DNA of 64,000 nt, taken from the NCBI GenBank assembly GCA_038207085.1, contig JBBRAE010000012.1, positions 1 to 64,000 on the forward strand. The letters are read 5' to 3'. The position numbers and the translations under genes are program-made. The DNA is from Armatimonadota bacterium (GTDB lineage Bacteria; Armatimonadota; UBA5829; DTLH01). The notes below the pieces were generated by a model, which saw nothing but the letters and a program-made list of their open reading frames with translations, did not search any database and was not told the origin of the DNA. Shown in pieces: positions 59,549 through 64,000 of this stretch (within the stretch, counting starts at the first letter, position 1; each line of letters starts with the position of its first letter).

Positions 59549-60246
59549 GCCTTGCCCCTCCAGCACTCTTCTCTTCTTGAGCCGAGCGCGGCGATGACCA
59601 GGTCGGCGATGCCCTCGGTTCCGAAACAGTCGGCTACTGCCATCAGGTCATAGGCGAGTGGCTCGTTGATATCCTTGCCGTAGACGCTCTTGATAAAGGC
59701 TGCGCGGTCACGATCGGAGGCTCGGATGCGGTGACAAGCCTCGTCTTGGGTCAGCCCTTCGAACTCGACCAGGTTGCGGACCCTCAAATCCTCGGAGGCG
59801 ATCACCCTCACGCTCAGGGCGTCAGGCAGAATGAAGTTTGCGCCGCGCCCGACAATCACCGCGTCGCCGTGCTTTGAGATCGACAAGAGCGCGCGGGCGA
59901 GGTGTCTCTTATAGAGGAACCCACCGGCGTCCGGCTGACCGGCGAATATGCGGGCGAGTTGCTCGATGTCGGAGACGGTGTGCTCGTCGAACGCTTCAAC
60001 GATCCGGCGGCTGACGTAGGCGTCGTTTGCAACGGCGTCGACCAAGTTCTTGTCCCAAAGTGTATAGCCAAGTTTTTGGGCTAGCTTCTCGGCCACGAGC
60101 TTGCCGCCGCTTGCTAGTTGACGGGAGATGACGATCGTCGGCCCGTGCGGAAGCGCCGGCTCTGTACCAGCGGACTTGGCCGCCTCACGGAGTATGGACG
60201 AACGATAGACCTGTTCGTCGACCAGTCGAACTATGTTGTTTGTCAT
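59545..60246 (-). CDS. Cytidylate kinase-like family protein
   Basis: ISRQLASGG, VIVGRGANFIL, DRDR, YDL motifs. Confidence 0.9.
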   Translation of the reverse strand: MTNNIVRLVDEQVYRSSILREAAKSAGTEPALPHGPTIVISRQLASGGKLVAEKLAQKLGYTLWDKNLVDAVANDAYVSRRIVEAFDEHTVSDIEQLARIFAGQPDAGGFLYKRHLARALLSISKHGDAVIVGRGANFILPDALSVRVIASEDLRVRNLVEFEGLTQDEACHRIRASDRDRAAFIKSVYGKDINEPLAYDLMAVADCFGTEGIADLVIAALGSRREECWRGKA

Positions 60247-60371
60247 GTTCGCTCCCCTTTCCTTTACATGTTATATGTATATACCCATTCAAGGTCAGGG
60301 GTTCATTCACGTGTGGGGGCAGTTGGCAGAAGAAAACTTACAGAGCACAATTTAAGCCAAAACCTGGCAAT

Positions 60372-60387
60372 TGGCACAGTTCTTGCA
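60372..60387 (+). promoter_or_regulatory. Sigma54 promoter 1
   Basis: TGGCACAGTTCTTGCA consensus match. Confidence 0.85.
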
Positions 60388-60397
60388 GTATATATAA

Positions 60398-60500
60398 GTG
60401 AGAAGATAATTCTCTTTTTCTCCTTCCTAAAAATGTGTTGTGAATTAAGACCGCGGCTGGCCCGCGGACCCGGTGGTGAAAGCCAACCGGGTATTTTTTT
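60398..60500 (+). ncRNA. Putative sigma54-dependent sRNA, copy 1
   Basis: Promoter, conserved core, hairpin, intrinsic terminator with U-tract; no credible ORF. Confidence 0.72.
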
Positions 60501-60589
60501 GTCTGGGCAGTGGCTTCAAGCGTGCCCACCCTGCTCCAAATGCCTCTGTGTAAAAATATTTTTCAAATTCCTGTAAAAACTGCGAGCAT

Positions 60590-60605
60590 TGGCACGGGTT
60601 TTGCA
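60590..60605 (+). promoter_or_regulatory. Sigma54 promoter 2
   Basis: TGGCACGGGTTTTGCA consensus match. Confidence 0.85.
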
Positions 60606-60615
60606 GTATATATAA

Positions 60616-60724
60616 GTGAGAAGATAATTCTCTTTTTCTCCTTCCTAAAATGTGTTGTGAATTAACCGAAGGGACGCAAGTCCTGGAGGACCCGCAGAAC
60701 TCCTAGTCCTGCGGGATATTTTTT
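60616..60724 (+). ncRNA. Putative sigma54-dependent sRNA, copy 2
   Basis: Same core as copy 1, GCAA-tetraloop hairpin, CCCGCAG/CTGCGGG terminator + U-tract. Confidence 0.72.
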
Positions 60725-60734
60725 GTACCAGCTA

Positions 60735-61802
60735 TCACCCGAGAATTCGCCGGTAGACCTGCTCGACCTCGTCGGCCATCCTCCGGGAGGTGAATCTATC
60801 ACAGACGACCTCGCGCGCAAAACTGCCGAGTCGCTTTGCCAGGTCGCGGTCTGAGATCACCCGCTCGATCGCACGTGCGAGTGAGTGGTGGTCCCCCGAA
60901 GGCACGAGCAAACCGGTTTCGCCGTCGCGAATGAACTCAGGCACACCACCAACGGCTGTGGCGACGATCGGGAGCGCGCTTGCCGCCGCTTCGAGCAACA
61001 CCATCGGCAGCCCCTCCCGCAGTGACGACATGGCAAAGACATCCAGCGAAGCGAACACTCCCCAGGGAACATCGACGCGCTCGAAGATGAAAAGTCTGTC
61101 GCCAACGCCAAGCTCCTGCGCCAGCCGCCTGAGCTTCTTCAGATATCTGGGTTTCCCATAGCCGACAAGCACTATTTTTGCTTCAGGAAGCAGCGCCGCC
61201 GCCCGAACAAGCATATCAAACCCTTTGACCGCCGCCAGCCTGCTCACCGCGCCAACGAGGACGTCACCGGGCGCAAAGCCGTGATCTTCTCGGAAACCCG
61301 CATTGGGGAGCGGGTATTCGGGGAGGCCAATGCCGTTTTGTATGACGTCGACTCTGCCACGGAAGCCCCGAGACTCAATATCGCACCGAATATCGTCAGA
61401 CACCGTGATCGTCGCATCGGCGTCCATGCAGTAGAGCGGCTCCAAAAGCCCGTGCACCGTGCAGACGGAGCGCACCCCAAGCCGCTTCGCGACCGGAAGC
61501 GCAATCACCGAGTCGAGCTTGAGGTGAGAATGCACGAGGTCTACCCTGTGGCGCTCAATGATCGACTTGATGCGACGCGGCCCGATCAGCTTGGAAGACA
61601 ACCCCTTCATAGGAAGCGTCTCGACGGGCACCCCCCTGTCGATCGCACACCGCTCAACCCACGATCCCGACCGGCACGCGAGCACGGTGCGGTAACCGCG
61701 GGCCACAAACTCATCGATCAGACCCAGGACAACCCGCTCGGCCCCTCCGATGGAGCGACCCGACATGACATGAAGAATGGTTGGCGTGTGGCAAGAATGC
61801 AT
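60735..61802 (-). CDS. GT4 family glycosyltransferase
   Basis: GGAER, HSH, TVHG, NGI, EGLPMVLLEA, VGGVPE motifs. Confidence 0.93.
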   Translation of the reverse strand: MHSCHTPTILHVMSGRSIGGAERVVLGLIDEFVARGYRTVLACRSGSWVERCAIDRGVPVETLPMKGLSSKLIGPRRIKSIIERHRVDLVHSHLKLDSVIALPVAKRLGVRSVCTVHGLLEPLYCMDADATITVSDDIRCDIESRGFRGRVDVIQNGIGLPEYPLPNAGFREDHGFAPGDVLVGAVSRLAAVKGFDMLVRAAALLPEAKIVLVGYGKPRYLKKLRRLAQELGVGDRLFIFERVDVPWGVFASLDVFAMSSLREGLPMVLLEAAASALPIVATAVGGVPEFIRDGETGLLVPSGDHHSLARAIERVISDRDLAKRLGSFAREVVCDRFTSRRMADEVEQVYRRILG

Positions 61803-62074
61803 GACTCAATTATACCGCACAACCACGCAAGTCGGAAAGCATAACCATTGTTAATGGGTCAGCTAGCCCGCTTCCAAGATTTTGACCTTTCTGATATAAT
61901 ATACAAGAGTGATATAGAGGAATCCGTCGCAAGCCCGAGAGATCGAATGGCGTCGGGCTTGTTTAGCGCCTGAGAGAACTTCGATTGGGCCAAAGACGGG
62001 CTTTTTAGTTATTTGGGAGCCGCAGCGCAGCAGCGCCCCGCGGCCTTTTGTCCTGTACAGGAAGACTATTTTAG

Positions 62075-62671
62075 ATGTATTACGCAAAACCGCTCGCGAA
62101 ACTGGTGGGAGAACTCGAACGACTCCCGGGCATCGGCCCCAAGTCCGCGCAGAGGCTTGCGTTCCATATTCTCAGGTCGTCGGAAGAAGAAGCCCGACGG
62201 CTTGCAGAATCCATCGCCGAAGTAAAGTCCGCGATCACACTTTGTCCGGTGTGCTTCAACTTCACCGACAAAGAAATCTGCGAGATCTGCCGTGACCCGA
62301 AACGCGACCGATCCGTAATCTGCGTTGTAGCCGAACCGCGCGACCTCGTAGCGATGGAAAAAACCAATGAGTTCAAAGGGCTGTATCACGTCCTCGGAGG
62401 AGTCATCTCCCCCATGGACGGGGTGGGCGCGGAGATGCTCAAGGTTCGTGAGCTAGTTCAAAGACTGGGCCAGGACGACGTAAAAGAGGTCATCCTCGCG
62501 ACCAACCCGACCATCGAAGGTGACACCACTGCGATGTACCTCGCAAGGCTCATCAAAGAGTTCGGGATCAAAGTCTCAAGGATCGCACACGGCATGCCCG
62601 TCGGCGGCGACCTCGACTACGCGGACCAGGCCACACTGATACAGGCGCTGGAGTGGCGCCGAGAAATGTAA
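62075..62671 (+). CDS. recR: Recombination mediator RecR
   Basis: LPGIGPKSAQRLA, C4 zinc finger, Toprim EVILATNPTIEG. Confidence 0.97.
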   Translation: MYYAKPLAKLVGELERLPGIGPKSAQRLAFHILRSSEEEARRLAESIAEVKSAITLCPVCFNFTDKEICEICRDPKRDRSVICVVAEPRDLVAMEKTNEFKGLYHVLGGVISPMDGVGAEMLKVRELVQRLGQDDVKEVILATNPTIEGDTTAMYLARLIKEFGIKVSRIAHGMPVGGDLDYADQATLIQALEWRREM

Positions 62672-62745
62672 TTTGGGATCGGGGCCGGGATCTGGTTTTT
62701 CAGTCCCCACCCTTACCCCCAACACCTGATAAGGAGCCAGTACAT

Positions 62746-63321
62746 ATGGGAAAACTTACTGAGATCCGTTGGCACGGACGAGGCGGACAGGGCGCAAAAA
62801 CCGCTGCCCTGCTGTTCGGCGACGCTGCGCTCTCGGAAGGCAAGTATATTCAGGCCTTCCCCGAGTATGGTCCTGAACGGACCGGTGCCCCGGTGCAGTC
62901 GTTCAACAGAGTCAGCGAAGAGCCGATTGACCTTCACTGCCACGTGAAGAGCCCGCAGGTTGTGGTCGTGCTCGACCCGACCCTGATCGGTCCTGTCGAC
63001 GTGACCGCCGGACTGCCCGACGACGGAGTCATTATCGTCAACACCAACATGTCTGCAGCCGAGATGGGCACAAAGCTCAACCTCAACGGCCGCAAGCTGT
63101 ACATCCTCGATGCTTCCTCCATCGCCAAGGAGACCATCGGCCGCGATATCCCGAACACCCCGATGCTCGGAGCGCTCGCCAAGGTCACCGGTCTGCTTTC
63201 TTTTGAGACCCTGATGGATGACACCCGCAAGAAGCTCGAGAAGAAGTTCCGCAACAAGCCCGAGGTCATTGAAGGCAACCTCAAGGCTATCGAGCGCGCG
63301 TTTAACGAAGTGAAAAGCTAA
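62746..63321 (+). CDS. porC: Pyruvate/2-oxoacid:ferredoxin oxidoreductase gamma subunit
   Basis: EIRWHGRGGQGAKT, FPEYGPERTGAPV, NTPMLGA motifs. Confidence 0.93.
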   Translation: MGKLTEIRWHGRGGQGAKTAALLFGDAALSEGKYIQAFPEYGPERTGAPVQSFNRVSEEPIDLHCHVKSPQVVVVLDPTLIGPVDVTAGLPDDGVIIVNTNMSAAEMGTKLNLNGRKLYILDASSIAKETIGRDIPNTPMLGALAKVTGLLSFETLMDDTRKKLEKKFRNKPEVIEGNLKAIERAFNEVKS

Positions 63322-63381
63322 GAGTGACGAGCGACGAGTGATTGCCACTCTGAACTCTGAACTCCTCTAGGAGGATTTACA

Positions 63382-64000
63382 TTGGCAAAAGTTCTTGATG
63401 AGGCCGCAATGGCCGCCGCGGGAAAGAACGGCAGGGGCGCAGGCGTGAAAAAGGCGCTTACGGGAAACGAGTCAGTCGCTTATGCGATGAGACAGATTAA
63501 CCCCGACGTCGTCGCAGCCTACCCGATTACCCCGGCAACTGAAATAGTACAGATTTACTCGACCTACGTCGCTGACGGACTGGTCGACACCGAGTATGTT
63601 GCAGTCGAAAGCGAGCACTCCGCGATGAGCGCGACCATCGGCGCATGCGCTGCTGGCGCACGCTCCATGACCGCGACGAGCTCCCAGGGCCTTGCCCTTA
63701 TGTGGGAAATGCTCTACATCGCGGCAGGCCTCAGGCTCCCGATCGTTATGCCTGAGACCAACCGCGCGCTTTCCGCACCGATCAACATCCACGGCGACCA
63801 CTCCGACACGATGGGCGCACGTGACGCGGGATGGCTCCACATCTTCAGTGAGAACTCCCAGGAAGCTTACGACAACGTCATTCAGGCGATCCGCATCTGC
63901 GAGCACCCTGAAGTTCTGCTCCCTGCGATGGTCACGATGGACGGGTTCATCATCAGCCATGCTATGGAAGTCGTACAGGTGCTTGAGGACAAGATCGTTA
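63382..64000 (+). CDS. porA: Pyruvate/2-oxoacid:ferredoxin oxidoreductase alpha subunit (truncated by window edge)
   Basis: AGGAGG RBS, TTG start; my translation gives TGNESVA, AAYPITP, VESEHSA, TATSSQGL, INIHGDHSD. Confidence 0.93.
   Translation, partial: MAKVLDEAAMAAAGKNGRGAGVKKALTGNESVAYAMRQINPDVVAAYPITPATEIVQIYSTYVADGLVDTEYVAVESEHSAMSATIGACAAGARSMTATSSQGLALMWEMLYIAAGLRLPIVMPETNRALSAPINIHGDHSDTMGARDAGWLHIFSENSQEAYDNVIQAIRICEHPEVLLPAMVTMDGFIISHAMEVVQVLEDKIV

Noticed and set aside
60338..60576. ORFs across the sRNA region and the RBS-like AGGAAGGAG on the minus strand
   Set aside because: No ATG/GTG/TTG at a suitable distance and no coding signature; promoters and terminators point to plus-strand RNAs
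60372..60665. Direct repeat as a possible CRISPR array or att-site pair
   Set aside because: Only two units, each with promoter and terminator; no cas or integrase gene; unit length is wrong for CRISPR

Overview
A 64-kb chromosomal window from a GC-rich diderm bacterium that is probably anaerobic (pyruvate:ferredoxin oxidoreductase, CoA-dehydratase activase, DUF362 Fe-S protein). The gene repertoire tentatively suggests Armatimonadota or a related diderm Terrabacterium; this is inference only. Main contents: (1) a minus-strand operon of TolB-like propeller, NHL propeller, hexaheme OmcS-like cytochrome, ~10-heme cytochrome and large beta-barrel, a candidate cytochrome-nanowire/extracellular electron transfer locus; (2) a heptose/capsule cluster (hddA-gmhA-gmhB, priming glycosyltransferase, SLH-Wzi) followed by lacZ; (3) a polyphosphate-type cluster with tandem thymidylate-kinase-like genes, CHAD, a split Ppx and a full-length Ppx; (4) two toxin-antitoxin pairs, one with a frameshifted toxin; (5) signalling genes (PAS-HATPase, PP2C, GGDEF-EAL, ECF sigma/anti-sigma); (6) rsgA preceded by a leader-peptide attenuator; (7) two tandem sigma54-promoted, terminator-bounded putative sRNAs sharing a near-identical ~65-nt core; (8) recR and the start of a por operon. 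Several families of short palindromic dispersed repeats occur in intergenic regions. I saw no rRNA, tRNA, CRISPR array or transposase. All family assignments are by eye from motifs, without database searches.
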